DNA of 64,000 bases from an uncultured Chloroflexia bacterium (GTDB lineage Bacteria; Chloroflexota; Limnocylindria; Limnocylindrales; CSP1-4): positions 9,085 to 73,084 of the forward strand of contig CAWFAH010000009.1 of the NCBI GenBank assembly GCA_963813705.1, given 5' to 3'. The notes beneath the pieces were generated by a model. The model did not search any database. It saw only the letters and a list, made by a program, of their open reading frames with translations, and had not been told where the DNA came from. This document shows positions 28,191 through 37,647 of this stretch, in pieces; position 1 is the first letter of the stretch, and each line of letters opens with the position of its first letter. The position numbers and the translations under genes were made by a program.

Positions 28191-28289
28191 CGCGGGGCAT
28201 CGAGACTCGCGATGATGCGGCCCCAGTGGGCGGACGAGCCCTGGGCGCGCGGGCTCGACCCAGCGTTCCACACCACAGGAGAACAGCTC

Positions 28290-29246
28290 ATGCGTCGAAT
28301 CACCCTCCTCGCGCTCGCCATCGCCGCGACCGCGATCCTTGCGGCCTGCAGCTCGGGCGACACGAGTGCCCTCACGGGCAAGCCCTGGCAGCTCACCTCG
28401 GTCACCGAGAAGACCCCCGCCTTCCAGGGCGTCATCCCGCCGGCGGACCAGTCGAAGTACGGCATCACGCTCAACACCGACGGCAACTTCACCGGCACCG
28501 CCGACTGCAACGAGATCGCCGGCACGTGGAAGGCGAGCGGGTCGGACGGGCTGACGATCACCCCGGGCATCTCGACCATGGCGATGTGCTCGGAGGGCTC
28601 GTTCGGGCCGCTGTTCGTCCACGGGCTGAGCCGGGCGAAGAGCTGGACGGTCACCGGCGACACGCTGACGATCACGCTCGACGACGGCGGCACGATGTCG
28701 TTCGTCGTCGCTCCACCCGCGAGTCCGTCGCCCTCCGCCGGCGCGTCATCGTCGGCTGGTGCCTCGGCGACCGCCAAGCCCACCGCATCGCCGACTCCGA
28801 AGCCGACTCCGAAGCCGACGCCCAAGCCCACGACGGCCCCCACGACGGCCCCATCCGGCGCGACGCCCGCGCCGTCGACGGCACCGGCGACCGGCCTCCT
28901 TGGCAAGGCCTGGCAGCTGACCGCGATCACCGAGAAGGTGCCGGCGTTCCAGGGCGTCGTGCCGGCCGACCAGCAGGCGAACTACACGATCCAGTTCCAG
29001 GCCGACGGCTCGTTCTCGGCGAAGGCCGACTGCAACACCGTCGCCGGGACCTACACCACGGCCGACGCGACGGCTGCATCGGGCGACCTGGCCATCGTCC
29101 CCGGGCCAATGACCATGGCGGCCTGCCCCGTGGGCTCGTTCTCCGATCTGTACGTGATCGGGCTGTCGAACGCGGCGAGCTACGCCATCGCGACCAACCA
29201 GCTGACGATCACCCTGGTGGACCAGGGGACGCTCGTCTTCAAGTAG
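28290..29246 (+). CDS. Lipoprotein with two META (HslJ-like) domains joined by a Pro/Thr/Ala linker
   Basis: Lipobox LAACS. The module LTGKxWQLT...FxGxADCNxxAGTY...TMxxC is duplicated. AGGAG RBS present. Confidence 0.8.
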   Translation: MRRITLLALAIAATAILAACSSGDTSALTGKPWQLTSVTEKTPAFQGVIPPADQSKYGITLNTDGNFTGTADCNEIAGTWKASGSDGLTITPGISTMAMCSEGSFGPLFVHGLSRAKSWTVTGDTLTITLDDGGTMSFVVAPPASPSPSAGASSSAGASATAKPTASPTPKPTPKPTPKPTTAPTTAPSGATPAPSTAPATGLLGKAWQLTAITEKVPAFQGVVPADQQANYTIQFQADGSFSAKADCNTVAGTYTTADATAASGDLAIVPGPMTMAACPVGSFSDLYVIGLSNAASYAIATNQLTITLVDQGTLVFK

Positions 29247-29261
29247 AGCGCAGCCTGGGAT

Positions 29262-29294
29262 CGCCCCGTCGCGTGCCACGGCACCGGCGGGGCG
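29262..29294. terminator. Candidate bidirectional stem-loop between convergent genes
   Basis: CGCCCCG...(nested GTGCC/GGCAC)...CGGGGCG, followed by GTTCCGTTTCC. No strong U-tract. Confidence 0.3.
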
Positions 29295-29326
29295 GTTCCG
29301 TTTCCGCCTGCCTCCATTGCCCGCGG

Positions 29327-32300
29327 TCAGGCGAGAAGCTCACTCGCCTCGGCGAGGTCGCGGGTTGCGAACCCCTCTGTGAACCGGTCGTAGACGGCCC
29401 GAAGCGCGTCACCGTTGTCGTCATCGCCGCGACCGCGACGCAGCCGGAGCAGGTGCGTCTCGGCCTGGAGCTCGACCGCGGTCGCTCCGATACGCCGTGC
29501 CATCTCGATGCTCTGCCGGTAGGACTCCTCGGCCGAGCCTCCGTCTCCAAGGGCGAGCCGGAGGTCGCCGCGCAGCACGTGGAACTGGGTGGCGGCAGCC
29601 AGGTCGGCCATCGTCGCGAGCATCTCGTCGAGGATGGTCAGCGCATCGGCTACCCGTCCCGCGCCGGCGAGGCTCGCCGACTGGACGAAGCGGAGATACG
29701 GCCAGAAGACCGGGGGCGACCGCATCCCCTGGTAGTCGGCCATGCCCTGATCGATCTGGGCGAGGCCCTCGGCCGGTTGGCCGAGGAACGTGCTCGCGGC
29801 GCCGGCGAGACAGGTGCCGACGGCGCGCCAGATCGGGAAGTCATGATCGGCGACCAGGTCGAGCAGCTGGCGCGCCCGTTCCGCGACGCGCATCGGCTCT
29901 GACCGCCACACGTGGAGGAACGCCGAGTGGAACAGGCCGTAGGCGAGCGAGTATGGATCGAGCTGGGCCGCCAGGGCGACGCCGCGATCGGATCGGTCGA
30001 CCGCGCGGTCAGGGAACCCGAGCGCCCAGAGAACGAACCCTGACGCGGCCAGACAGGAGATGCGCGGGTCGGTGCCCAGGCGAATTTGGCGTGGACGATA
30101 GGTCGGAGATTCGAACGCTTCGATCCCCTGGTCGAGCTGCTCCGCGGCGCCGGGTAGGTCACCTGCGAATGCCAGAACGGTCCCGAGGATCAGATGCCCA
30201 TCCAGCCGCATTCCCTGATCGTCCTGGCGGTCCGCGAGGCCCAGGATCTCCTGGGCGACAGCGGCAGCCTTTCCCATCTCCGATCCACCGATGTAGAAGC
30301 GGGCGAGATCGCGCAGGACCGGATAGACCTGGGGACGGTCGCGTTGGTCCTCGAAGAGCTCCAACGCGGCAGCGTACGCGTCCTCGACCTCGGCCGTGTA
30401 GCCCCGGATCGCCATGAGGGTCCGGGCATAGCTGCTGCGGAGGGTGACCTCGCGGAGCCATCGCTCGTCGCTCGACGGTGAGGCCGCCAGGATGTCCAGC
30501 AGCTCGCTCGTGACCTCAGCCGTGGATCGGTACCGACCCTCGGCGTTATACACGAGCCAGAGGCTCTCGATTAGGCCGTTGAGCTGCTCCAGGTCGTTCG
30601 TCGAGACCCAGTACCGCCACGCCGCGCGCAGGTTCTCGATCTCGCCGGCCAGCGCGGCCAGCGCCGGCGCCCCTTCCTGGCCGGTGGCATCGGCCAGCTT
30701 GAGCTGGGCGTAGCTCGTGAAGTACGTCGCATGGGCGAGGCGGACCGCGGCCGCCAGGTCGGTGCGGTTCGCCAGCTGCTCGGCGGCGAACTCGCGGATG
30801 GTTTCGAGCATCACGAACCCGCCGGGCTCGGGCCCGCCGTCCGACGGTCGGACGAGGCTCTTGTCGAGCAGCGACGCGAGCCCCTCGAGCGGATCGACCG
30901 TGCTCTCGTCGAGCAGCCCGACGTTCTTCGCGACCTCCTCGAGGGCATCGATCCTGATCTCGGCGAACACGGACAGGAGCTCGAAGAGACGCTTCTCGCC
31001 TGCTCCAAGCAGCTGGTAGCTCCAGTCGATGGTGGCACGGAGGGTCCGCTGTCGGGCCGGCAGGTCCCGGGCCCCGCGATCGAGGGTCCCGAGCCGGCTG
31101 GTGAGTCGGTCACGAAGGGTCTCCGGCGAGAAGAGGTTGATCCGGGCAGTCGCGAGCTCGATCGCGAGCGGCAGGCCGTCGAGCCGGCGGCAGATCTCCG
31201 CGACGGAGGCGGCATTGTCATCGGTGAGCCGGAATCCCGGCTGCACCGCACGGGCCCGCTCGACGAAGAGCTGGATGGCCTCGAACCCGCTGATCCCCTT
31301 CGCGGACTCGCGGGCAGCGGCCGCAGCCGGCAGGGACAACGGTGGGACGGGAAACACATGCTCGCCGCGGATGTGGAGCGCCTCGCGGCTCGTAACCAGC
31401 AGCCCCAGGTTCGGACAGACTTCGAGGAGTTCCGCGATTGCTCCGGCGGCCGCCAGGACCTGCTCGAAGTTGTCGAGGACGAGCAGGCTCGGCCGGTCGC
31501 GCAACCCATGCTTCAGGTCCTCGAGCACCGGCTGCTCACGGGTCCGGGACACTCCGAGCACCCGCGCGATGGCGGCCAGGACCGACTCCGTGTCGGTGGC
31601 TGCGGCGAGATCCACGAAGAACACCCGGTCGTTGAGGCGGGCCAGCTCGTCGGTCGCGGCGCGGATCGCGAGGCGCGTCTTGCCGCTGCCCCCGGCTCCG
31701 ATCAGGGTGATCAGCCGGTTCGACTCAAGGCTCAGCTGCCGGGAGATCTCTGCCAGCTCGACCTCCCGGCCCACGAAGGCAGAAACGGGGATCGGCACGT
31801 TGTTCGGTCGGTGGTCGATCGTCCGCAGCGGCGGAAACGCCGGGACAAGGTCGTCATGGGCCAGCTGGAAGAGTCGGTCCGCCCGGTCGAGGTCCTTCAG
31901 CTGGAACTCGCCGAGGTCGGCGAGCGACGCCCCCTCGGGGAGCTCGTCTCCCGCGAGTGCGGCGACCGCCTCCGATACCAGGACCTGGCCCCCGTGCGCC
32001 GCGGCCATGATCCGTGCCGCGCGGTGGACTTCGATCCCGACGTACCCGCGGCCCTCGCGCCGCGCCTGGCCGGAGTGGATCGCCATCCGGACCCGGACCT
32101 CGGCGCCGTCGGGCCAGGCGTGGGCGGCCAGGGCCCGCTGGATGTCGAGACCGCAGGCGACCGCGTCGGCCGGGCTCGCGAAGGCGGCGAAGAACGAGTC
32201 GCCCTGCGTGTCGACCTCGACCCCCCGCCACCGCTCGAATGCCGAGCGGAGGATCTCCCGATGGTCGAGCAGGACCGCGCTGTAGCCGTCACCGAGTTGC

Positions 32301-32413
32301 GAGAGCAGCCGGGTGGAGCCCTCGATGTCGGTGAACAGGAAGGTCACCGTGCCCTGCGGCAGCTCGACCGCGGTGTCGACCGCTGCGCGCGCGATCCGAT
32401 CGGTGCCTTGCAT
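29327..32413 (-). CDS. Class III adenylate/guanylate cyclase fused to a STAND (NB-ARC-like) ATPase and TPR repeats
   Basis: Cyclase block TVTFLFTDIEGSTRL...GDSFFAAF...IHSG. P-loop GAGGSGKTRLA, LLVLDNFEQ Walker B-like motif, and a long TPR-like C-terminus. No HTH seen. Confidence 0.85.
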   Translation of the reverse strand: MQGTDRIARAAVDTAVELPQGTVTFLFTDIEGSTRLLSQLGDGYSAVLLDHREILRSAFERWRGVEVDTQGDSFFAAFASPADAVACGLDIQRALAAHAWPDGAEVRVRMAIHSGQARREGRGYVGIEVHRAARIMAAAHGGQVLVSEAVAALAGDELPEGASLADLGEFQLKDLDRADRLFQLAHDDLVPAFPPLRTIDHRPNNVPIPVSAFVGREVELAEISRQLSLESNRLITLIGAGGSGKTRLAIRAATDELARLNDRVFFVDLAAATDTESVLAAIARVLGVSRTREQPVLEDLKHGLRDRPSLLVLDNFEQVLAAAGAIAELLEVCPNLGLLVTSREALHIRGEHVFPVPPLSLPAAAAARESAKGISGFEAIQLFVERARAVQPGFRLTDDNAASVAEICRRLDGLPLAIELATARINLFSPETLRDRLTSRLGTLDRGARDLPARQRTLRATIDWSYQLLGAGEKRLFELLSVFAEIRIDALEEVAKNVGLLDESTVDPLEGLASLLDKSLVRPSDGGPEPGGFVMLETIREFAAEQLANRTDLAAAVRLAHATYFTSYAQLKLADATGQEGAPALAALAGEIENLRAAWRYWVSTNDLEQLNGLIESLWLVYNAEGRYRSTAEVTSELLDILAASPSSDERWLREVTLRSSYARTLMAIRGYTAEVEDAYAAALELFEDQRDRPQVYPVLRDLARFYIGGSEMGKAAAVAQEILGLADRQDDQGMRLDGHLILGTVLAFAGDLPGAAEQLDQGIEAFESPTYRPRQIRLGTDPRISCLAASGFVLWALGFPDRAVDRSDRGVALAAQLDPYSLAYGLFHSAFLHVWRSEPMRVAERARQLLDLVADHDFPIWRAVGTCLAGAASTFLGQPAEGLAQIDQGMADYQGMRSPPVFWPYLRFVQSASLAGAGRVADALTILDEMLATMADLAAATQFHVLRGDLRLALGDGGSAEESYRQSIEMARRIGATAVELQAETHLLRLRRGRGDDDNGDALRAVYDRFTEGFATRDLAEASELLA

Positions 32414-32512
32414 GTCAGTCTGCCTGCCCCTCGAAAGAGCCCTGCCGGGGACCGCGGGCAGCTCGTCGATAGGCCGCTCCGCCAGCCGAACCAGCAGCGT
32501 ACCCGGCAGCTG

Positions 32513-33280
32513 TTAGTGGGCGAATGCGAATGACCCGATCAGCTTCGAGTACTGGTCGAGGTGGCGTCCGCCGGAGACGTCATCCACCTCGACACCCAGG
32601 ACGGCACCCGCGTTGTCGAGGAGATAGAGCCGCATCGCCAGGCCCGGGATCATCCCGTGCTCAAACTCGGAAGGAGCCACGCCAACGATCACCGTCGCGC
32701 CCTTCATGCCGCCACCGCACGGGGTCTCGGTCCACCCTTTGGCGAGCCGAATATCGAGGACGACGCCGCTGAGACCTCCAACCGCCGTGGCCTTGGGTTT
32801 GGTCGTTACCAGCGCGGGTCGCTTCGCGAGCCAGTTGGCGATCCCCGCCGGTGTCACTGGCACCCCCTTCGCCGCCTGCCCGTTGCAGTCGGGCGACTCC
32901 GCCGCCAGGCTCGCGGCCACGCTGATGTAGTCGCTCGTGCCGGCGTCCACGCCTTCGGGGGTTGCGCCCGGTGGCAGCAGCAGGACGCCGCCAGCCGAGT
33001 CCTCCTGCTGCACCCAGCCCGCGGGCGCCGTGTAGGTAAGCGTCGGCTGGAAGAGCAGGCTCACGGACTGGCCCACCGGAGTGGGCGATGGACTGGGAGT
33101 CGCCGGGGCGCTCGGACTCGACGGCGCCGCGCTCGGACTCGGCGCCTGGGCCGCTGCCGTCGTCGGTCCGGCAGTCGGTGGGGCAGGCGATGTGGCCGCC
33201 GGTGTCCCGGCGCAGGCTGCGATCAACGCACCGACAGCCGCCAGCGCAAGCCCGCGGACGAATGTCCGGACCAGTTGCAT
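32513..33280 (-). CDS. Hypothetical lipoprotein
   Basis: Signal peptide with lipobox LIAACAG, followed by a Pro/Ala/Ser-rich linker. Co-directional with the cyclase gene, 100 nt upstream of it. Confidence 0.6.
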   Translation of the reverse strand: MQLVRTFVRGLALAAVGALIAACAGTPAATSPAPPTAGPTTAAAQAPSPSAAPSSPSAPATPSPSPTPVGQSVSLLFQPTLTYTAPAGWVQQEDSAGGVLLLPPGATPEGVDAGTSDYISVAASLAAESPDCNGQAAKGVPVTPAGIANWLAKRPALVTTKPKATAVGGLSGVVLDIRLAKGWTETPCGGGMKGATVIVGVAPSEFEHGMIPGLAMRLYLLDNAGAVLGVEVDDVSGGRHLDQYSKLIGSFAFAH

Positions 33281-33387
33281 CGTCGTCGTCCCTCCGCTTG
33301 TGTGCGGATGAGTCGCGCGCCGGGGACGAAATCATTCGGTCGGCGGCGAATGGTTCTCGCGGTGACGAGCGACGAAACGGGTGCACC

Positions 33388-33972
33388 ATGGATGAAGGCA
33401 CGGGCGGGAGGGCGATGGAGGCTCGGATCGGGGACGCGGCGTGGGCCGACGAGCTCCCGGATGCGCTCGCGGACGACGCCGCATTCGAGCGCTGGTATCG
33501 ATCGGTGCTGCCGCGGGTTTATGGCTACCTGATGACGCGCACCGGTGGGGATGTCCAGCTGTCCGAGGAGCTGACCCAGCAGACGTTCATCGCCGCCATC
33601 GACCGCCGCGCGAGCTTCGATCGTCGGTCCGACAGCGCGACCTGGCTCTGCGGCATCGCTCGCCACAAGCTGGCGGACCATTTCCGGAAGCGCAGTCGGG
33701 ACGACCGGCGGCAGATGCGGATGGAGATCCGCGAGATCGAGGTCCAGGCGAGCGAGACGTCGCAGCTCGATGTCGGCGAGCGCGAGCTCATCGCGGTCGC
33801 GCTCGCGGCACTGCCCGAGATGCAACGCGCCGTTCTGATCTTTGTCGCGCTCGACAACCTGTCGGTCGCCGAAGCCGGCCGCCTGCTGGGCAAGAGCCCG
33901 TTGGCAGCCCAATCGCTGCTGCATCGCGCCCGGGAGAGCTTCCGGCGCGAGTATCGGGGTGCGGACCGATGA
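33388..33972 (+). CDS. ECF-type RNA polymerase sigma factor (sigma-70 family)
   Basis: Region 2 (FERWYRSVLPRVYGYL...ELTQQTFIAA) and region 4 (LPEMQRAVLIFVALDNLSVAEAGRLLGKSPLAAQSLLHRARE). Confidence 0.85.
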   Translation: MDEGTGGRAMEARIGDAAWADELPDALADDAAFERWYRSVLPRVYGYLMTRTGGDVQLSEELTQQTFIAAIDRRASFDRRSDSATWLCGIARHKLADHFRKRSRDDRRQMRMEIREIEVQASETSQLDVGERELIAVALAALPEMQRAVLIFVALDNLSVAEAGRLLGKSPLAAQSLLHRARESFRREYRGADR

Positions 33973-35231
33973 ACGACCAGCGGATCGACGCCCTCGTTCG
34001 TCGGCTCGACGGGCCGTCGCAGCCGGATCCGGAATTCGCGACGCGGTCCTTCGAGGCCATCCTGCCCAGCGTGCAGCGCGCCCGGCGCGCCGATGCGCGA
34101 CTCTTCGCCCGGGTTGCCCGGACGCTTCGCCAGCAGTTCGGTCTCCCGGTCTCGTCGCAGCGCGGCAGGAGCGTCTTCATCCTGCTCGCCTTGCTCGCCC
34201 TCCTCCTCGCGGCGGCTCTCGCCATCGCGTTCATCGGTTCGCGTCGACCATCGACGCCGCTCGGCAATGGACCGCTCATCGTCGCGACGAGCCAGGGGCT
34301 GCGGCAGGTCGCCCCCGACATCGGGGGTGCCTCGACGGTCATCGTTGGCGAGCCGACCAAGGGCGCCAGTCGCTCGCCCGATGGCCGCCTCGTGTCGTTC
34401 TGGACAACCGGGCCGGGCGGCGACCGGCTCGAGGTCGCGAGCCTGGACGGCGCCGATCGGCGGATCCTGACCGGCGGCATGCACCTGACCTGGAACGGTT
34501 GCATCGACACGTGGTCGCTCGACTCTGGCGCGGTCGCGGCCTCCGTCAAGGCGGATGGCGTGGCCAGGATCCTGGTCGCCGACGTCGCGGCCGGCTCGGC
34601 ACGACTGCTCACGCCGAGCAGCATCTCGGCGACGTGCCCGCTGTGGTCCCCGGACGGCGGCCTGATCGCGTTCGCGATGGAGACCCATGGCCCCCAGACG
34701 CTCGGGGTCATCCGTCTCGACGGATCGGCGATCCGCGACATCGGCGGCGGATTGGATGGGGCATCCGTCTCCGGTCCGGACTCCTGGTCGCCCGATGGCC
34801 AATGGATCTACTTCGACGCGGGCAAGGTCGTCGAGCCGCATCGCATCTACCGAGCGGATGTCAGCCGGGGCGTGAGCGAGCCCTTGACCCCTCCGGCTCT
34901 CGGCGCCGTGGGCGCGGCACTGTCGCCCGACGGCCGAATGATCACCTTCAACGTGCCGCATGGCGGGCCATTCGATGTCTACGTCGCCGCCGCCGATGGC
35001 AGCGACACCCGCCTGCTTCAGGCCCAGGCCTTCAACGACGGTTGGTCAAGCGACGGATCGCTCATCCTCATCGACTGGAGGCCGATCATCGGATCGGGCG
35101 GCCTGGCTACCATCCGTCCCGACGGCTCCGGTCGCCGGATCGTGTTCCCGACGCCGGGCTGCACGCAGTCGGGCTCCGACCTGCCCGGCGCGTGCGTCCT
35201 GAGTGTCGGCTGGGGCCAGCCCCGGCCGTAG
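33969..35231 (+). CDS. Single-pass membrane protein with an extracytoplasmic PD40 beta-propeller; likely ECF-partner/anti-sigma-like
   Basis: ATGA overlap with the sigma gene. TM helix VFILLALLALLLAAALAIAFI. PD40-like motifs (SRSPDGRLVSF, LWSPDGGLIAF, SWSPDGQWIYF, LSPDGRMITF). Confidence 0.7.
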   Translation: MNDQRIDALVRRLDGPSQPDPEFATRSFEAILPSVQRARRADARLFARVARTLRQQFGLPVSSQRGRSVFILLALLALLLAAALAIAFIGSRRPSTPLGNGPLIVATSQGLRQVAPDIGGASTVIVGEPTKGASRSPDGRLVSFWTTGPGGDRLEVASLDGADRRILTGGMHLTWNGCIDTWSLDSGAVAASVKADGVARILVADVAAGSARLLTPSSISATCPLWSPDGGLIAFAMETHGPQTLGVIRLDGSAIRDIGGGLDGASVSGPDSWSPDGQWIYFDAGKVVEPHRIYRADVSRGVSEPLTPPALGAVGAALSPDGRMITFNVPHGGPFDVYVAAADGSDTRLLQAQAFNDGWSSDGSLILIDWRPIIGSGGLATIRPDGSGRRIVFPTPGCTQSGSDLPGACVLSVGWGQPRP

Positions 35232-35315
35232 TGCGGCCCCGGTGCCCGTGGCTCGCGTGGCGAGTACGCTCACCGATGATCAGGGGTCATGCGGACGGGC
35301 ATGCGGAGGGACGTC

Positions 35316-35762
35316 ATGGCGCAGGGTGAGGCGAGCATCCATATCGACCGTCCGCCCGACGAGGTGTTCTCGTTCGTTGGCGATGCCGCGAACAACCCGC
35401 TGTGGCGGAAGAACGTGATCCGGACGGAGTGGCTTGACGACGGCCCGATGCGCATCGGGCGGCGCGGGCGGCAGACGGCCCGCGTGCTGGGCCGGCCATG
35501 GACGGTCGAGGCCGAGGTGGTCGAGTGGGCGCCGCCGCAGAGCGCGACCTGGCGGACTGTCGCGGGACCGGTCAGCGTGAGCTCCTGGGTCCGGGTGGAA
35601 CCGGACGCGACGGGCTCGCTGGTCAGCGGCGGGGCAGATGGCGGCTTCAAGGGCCCGATCGGCGGACTCCTGACCCGCCTGGCGACGCCGCGGATGATCA
35701 AGCAGGCCTATGTCGACCTGGAAACGCTGCGCCGGCGACTCGAGTCGGGCACGGGATCCTGA
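35316..35762 (+). CDS. SRPBCC (polyketide cyclase/START-like) family protein
   Basis: SIHIDRPPDEVFSFVGDAANNPLWR is a typical SRPBCC N-terminus. About 148 aa. Confidence 0.75.
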   Translation: MAQGEASIHIDRPPDEVFSFVGDAANNPLWRKNVIRTEWLDDGPMRIGRRGRQTARVLGRPWTVEAEVVEWAPPQSATWRTVAGPVSVSSWVRVEPDATGSLVSGGADGGFKGPIGGLLTRLATPRMIKQAYVDLETLRRRLESGTGS

Positions 35763-35895
35763 GCGGGCCGGGATCGTCACCGCCTTCGTCGCCGTCGCAA
35801 CGGTCGTCGCCGGACCGCGAGCCGCGGCCGTGACGGCTGTGGGGGTCCTGATCGCTGGCGTGGTGCTCAGAGCCAGGCGGCACAGCGCTCCGGCG

Positions 35896-37413
35896 TCATG
35901 AGATCGTTCTGAGGTCCGTCCACATCTCGGTCCATGGCCTGCGCAGCCCAGTGCATACGGAGACCGCCTTTCCCTGCTCGCCGTTCTCGATCCCGAGGCC
36001 GTTGTCGATGCGCGCGACATCGCGGCAGTCGACAAAGAACTGGCTCCAGTCCTCCGGTCTCCAGTCGCCGACGTGGACCACGGTCGTCCTGTCGGCGGGC
36101 GGAGGCCCCCAGGACCAATAGCTGTTGTGGCCCGAGTAGACCGGTGGCAACCCACGGCCCAGGAGCACGAGCGGGCTCGCCTCGCTGTAGTCGTTGGTCA
36201 GGATCACGGCGTGATCGCGCTGGTCCGCCGGCAGCGCGGCGACCACCGCCTCGACCGTGGATACGAACTCGGGCCACCCGATCTCGTTGGCCGTGTCGGG
36301 GACGGCCGACGGGAGTCCTGACGTCGCGTACTGGGCGACCGGGAGGATCGGCAGCGTCAGCAATGCGATCAGGCTGACCGAGAGCACCGCAGCGATCGCG
36401 AAGCCTCCCGCCTTGATGCGGGAATGACCCCGGGCCAGCCAGCGGTCGACGACGATGGCGCCGGCCGCCATGAAGAGCGGCACGCTGCCGATGACGTAGT
36501 ACGCCTTGCCGCCGCTGACGAAGACGAGGGCGAGCGCGACGAGGGCGGCGATCCCCAATGCCCGCCACTGGACAGCCGACTTCGAGAAGAGCACCCAGAC
36601 CAGGCCGGCGATACTCACCGGGAACAGCAGCGGTCCGGTGAACAGCCAGAGGAGCGGCACCACCTGCGCCCGGTTGTCGGCCGAGTAGCCGCTGATCGCC
36701 TGCGCCATCGTCAGTTGCGGCCAGCCGTTCATCGCCTGCCAGGCGAGGTTCGGAGCCCACATGAGGAGGGCGATCCCGATGGCGGCCCACGGCCACGGCG
36801 AGCGCATGACATCCCAGCGACGGGCGAGGACGAGTCCCACCGCCAGCCCTGCGCCGAGGAACAGGAGCGTGTCCTTGTTCTCGAGGCCGACCCCGGTGAC
36901 GAGGCCGACCGCCAGCCACAAGCGCCGATCCCCACCCCCGAGAAGCTTCACCAGCAGCCACACGATCACGGCCCAGGCCAGGAGGTCGGGATCGGTGGTG
37001 GTGTCGAGATGGCCCGCCCCCAGGTAGCCGGACAGGGCCGCTGTGATCGCGGCCAGGGTCTGCGCCCGTCGCGACCCACCCAGGTCGCGCGCTATGAGGG
37101 CGGTCAGCACCACGATCAAGCCCATCTCGATGGCTGGCAGCACGCGGACCGCGACCGGTGAGGTGCCGAGCAAGGCGACCGACGCGGCCGACAGGAGCGG
37201 CGTCAAGGGCGGCTGGTCGACGTAGCCGAAGGCCGGGTGCTGGCCGGCGACGACGAAGTACATCTCATCGCCGTGGAAGCCGTAGGCGCCCGCGACAGCA
37301 AGCAAACCGATGACCATGAGGCCGGCAACCAGGAGCACCGACCATGGGACCCCAAGCAACCCGGGACGGTCGCCGATCGGCGTGATCCGTCTATGGTTCT
37401 CAGTCGGTCCCAT
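35896..37413 (-). CDS. Polytopic glycosyltransferase (GT39/GT83, ArnT/PMT-like)
   Basis: GDEMYFVVAG...GYVDQPPLTPLL block, many TM helices, about 505 aa. Confidence 0.7.
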   Translation of the reverse strand: MGPTENHRRITPIGDRPGLLGVPWSVLLVAGLMVIGLLAVAGAYGFHGDEMYFVVAGQHPAFGYVDQPPLTPLLSAASVALLGTSPVAVRVLPAIEMGLIVVLTALIARDLGGSRRAQTLAAITAALSGYLGAGHLDTTTDPDLLAWAVIVWLLVKLLGGGDRRLWLAVGLVTGVGLENKDTLLFLGAGLAVGLVLARRWDVMRSPWPWAAIGIALLMWAPNLAWQAMNGWPQLTMAQAISGYSADNRAQVVPLLWLFTGPLLFPVSIAGLVWVLFSKSAVQWRALGIAALVALALVFVSGGKAYYVIGSVPLFMAAGAIVVDRWLARGHSRIKAGGFAIAAVLSVSLIALLTLPILPVAQYATSGLPSAVPDTANEIGWPEFVSTVEAVVAALPADQRDHAVILTNDYSEASPLVLLGRGLPPVYSGHNSYWSWGPPPADRTTVVHVGDWRPEDWSQFFVDCRDVARIDNGLGIENGEQGKAVSVCTGLRRPWTEMWTDLRTIS

Positions 37414-37516
37414 GGCCAGAGATTGTGGGAGTTCAGGGTGGGGCGCAAGGACCGCAAATTCCGGTGGCACGGTCCGTCCTGGATGCACCTGAGAGCGGCG
37501 CGACTGGCCCGTGAAC

Positions 37517-37591
37517 CTGTCAATACTTCCCAGGAGTATTGACAGTGTGGTAGACTACGCATCGATGCGGCTTGTCAAGTCTTGACAAGCC
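37517..37591. promoter_or_regulatory. Cluster of four consecutive palindromes upstream of dnaG
   Basis: Four palindromes in order. CTGTCAATACT-N7-AGTATTGACAG (37517-37545, 11-bp perfect arms). GTAGACTAC. GCATCGATGC (37559-37568). GGCTTGTCAAG-T-CTTGACAAGCC (37569-37591, 11-bp perfect arms). The patch is AT-richer than its surroundings. Confidence 0.6.
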
Positions 37592-37647
37592 CTTAGCCAT
37601 GTCCGGAGCCGCCACGGGTCGGTGCGGCGGCCGCGGACGGGTCGGAG

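Noticed and set aside
29327-32413. The cyclase-STAND protein as part of a Pycsar/CBASS-type operon.
   Set aside because: No TIR, transmembrane, phospholipase or nuclease effector gene is coupled to it. The neighbours are a lipoprotein gene and a convergent META lipoprotein gene. It is kept only as a low-confidence speculation in the findings.
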